Source: Anthoceros angustus (taxonomy: Eukaryota; Plantae; Anthocerotophyta). Taken from it: 64,000 nt of DNA. Positions 62,089 to 64,000 of this stretch are shown in pieces. The first letter of the stretch is position 1, and the number at the start of each line of letters is the position of its first letter. The translations under genes and the position numbers were made by a program. The notes beneath the pieces are model-generated. The model saw only the letters and a list, made by a program, of their open reading frames with translations. It made no database searches and was not told the DNA's origin. The stretch covers positions 124,001-188,000 of the forward strand of contig VJWM01000179.1 of NCBI GenBank assembly GCA_010909165.1, read 5' to 3'.

Positions 62089-62889
62089 GTTTTTGCATAC
62101 CTGTTGTATTGTCAGCTAGTGTTAGTACAATTTTTCTAGTGGAAGCCACCAGACGAGTTTTTTCTGGTGCTTACACGCAGGCCCTTGTGTCCAAAATGGA
62201 GTGGCAGTTGCAGTTAGGGGTTGGGTCTACCGGTACTGGTATACGCTTTTTTCTTTCTCTGTAAAATTGTTCCCTAATCCTGCAAAACGTGGTCCTGCAA
62301 TTTGGTAAACATGATTGTGACTCTCGAAGTTGGTAGCGTGTTGGTAGCATTGTGGGATGGAGTATGACAGCTCCTTTTAACTCCGAGTGCGTTGTGAGAC
62401 GTGGCGTACGACGGCTCCTCCCAGTTCCGTGTGCCTTGAGCTTATAATCCCGAGTGCCTCCAGTTCGAGTTAATGTGTATACGAACCCACAGGTTTGGTC
62501 TGGTTGGATCAATGGCAAACACGGATGCATCTCTCTCTCAGTTCTCCTTGTGCTCCCAGAAGGCGATCTCCACGCAAGGGATCTAGAGAATGTACAAAGT
62601 GCTACAACCAATTTTGTACACAGCTTCTCTACCCCAAGAATTGGACATTCAGCGTACTTTACAACCCGCTTGTCGCAAGGAAGGTGTCAGCCGCAATATC
62701 AATTGAATATGAGCAAACTCCTCTGATCTACGTTGGCAGCATATCAGGTATTCTGATTTCAGAAAAACCATTTGAAGCTTGCCAAGAAGCACTGGCCGGT
62801 CACTAAGCTTGTGCTATACACAGCTTCTACCAAAGCTAGATACACCAAATGAGAATGATACAAGTACAAATACTCAGCCCCCACCTCTG

Positions 62890-64000
62890 TCAATGATCCA
62901 CAATCGCACTGTCAACCATCGCTGGTCCCTCTTCCCATCCCCCCCATGTTGCAGAATTACAGGACGCTCCCCCCCGAATGCGCTTCTGCAGGTGTTCCAG
63001 ACTGGCAACCCTCTGCATCGAAGGTGTGCGGCCCATTTTCCCTCCTCCTGACTGTTCCACGGAAGGTGTAACAGAAGGTGGTGGCTGCCGAACATTCATG
63101 AACTGTGCCTGCACCTCACCCTGTCCACATACACTACTTGAGGTGAAGGAAGGAACCTTGAAGCTGACATTTGAAAGATAACTTGCTGAATGATGTGGTG
63201 TCTGGCCGTTCATGGCTGTTGCCCTTGCAACAATGTCTTCGGCCATCTTCACCTGTGGCATGAGAGCTCACATCAGAACTACACAGATCCTGAGCATTCT
63301 GGGGTGTATCTAGTATGCTGCTAGTATGTATCTACTATAATCCGTAAGGTATAAAGCTCTTGTGGTGGTGTTCCACATGATAGAATGGTGAGTGATTCCA
63401 AAAAACGTCTCAACGAGCTGTATCTAAGGCTCACCTTGGCTCTTAGAGCCTCACAATCCGCCTTCAAGACGCGGTTGTCGACAACAGCGTCATTGTACTT
63501 CTGGCTGACTTCATTAAACTGTTTCACAAGAGTAGAATTTTCCACGCGTAGCTGGGCCACCTGCGAAATCACCCAACCATTGCTCGGCCTCAATTTGATG
63601 TTACCTCTACATCAGAGTCAACAGCTACAGTTTCTCTTATCAAGATCACTAGATCTCAGAAAAAAGGCTGAAAGTAGAAACAAACAGCATGGGTTGTACC
63701 TGCATTTCCAAATCACTCAAGTGCGCTTGTTTCCTCCTCCTAGAACGCCTTGCTGACTCCCTATTTGACAACATTCTGAAAATGTTCGCAGGTGCAAGCT
63801 GGTTCAGTAAAACCCCAACGTTGTGCTTCTAACACCCAAGGGACATTTCTCGACAGCCACACAAATGACCCCGTCAGTACAGATTGCTGACCTCTTGACA
63901 CGCTTGATATCGATCGCTGTACCAGGGTTCTGCTCATGACCTACATCCACTTCACCTTCGTCATCATCTGATTGGGAAGAACCACTCGTAGTTGGCTTTG
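62890..64000 (-). CDS. Group C bZIP transcription factor (bZIP9/10/25/63-like), 3' part; exons >64000-63892, 63775-63700, 63560-63435, 63252-62890
   Basis: [52 protein letters not shown]..., and C-terminal [23 protein letters not shown]. 76 and 126 nt exons with GT-AG introns; runs off the window. Confidence 0.93.

Overview
Eukaryotic land-plant nuclear DNA. Short ~90-165 nt introns, high GC and a microsatellite-rich intergenic style suggest a non-seed plant such as a hornwort or lycophyte; this is inference only. (1) 0.2-19.7 kb: tandem array of six CYP71-clan cytochrome P450 copies on the minus strand. One is intact (8732-10716, 5 exons, 532 aa), three are truncated or internally deleted, and two are near-identical copies inside a ~5 kb tandem duplication. 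Their frameshifts are largely complementary homopolymer contractions, so this may be a long-read assembly artefact. (2) 20045-38388: an ~18.3 kb unclassified element bounded by ~50 bp imperfect terminal inverted repeats and flanked by a CTACTC direct repeat. It is filled with G-rich/C-rich tracts, nested duplications and only faint coding remnants. (3) 40.8-64 kb: ordinary genes - a 3-exon MDM35/TRIAP1-like gene missed by the ORF track, a 9-exon euANT AP2 transcription factor with the 9-nt VYL micro-exon, an ~11 kb microsatellite-rich upstream region, tRNA-Pro(TGG), an intronless SDS22-like LRR gene, ubiquitin-RPS27a and the 3' part of a group C bZIP. No CRISPR or other prokaryotic system is supported.
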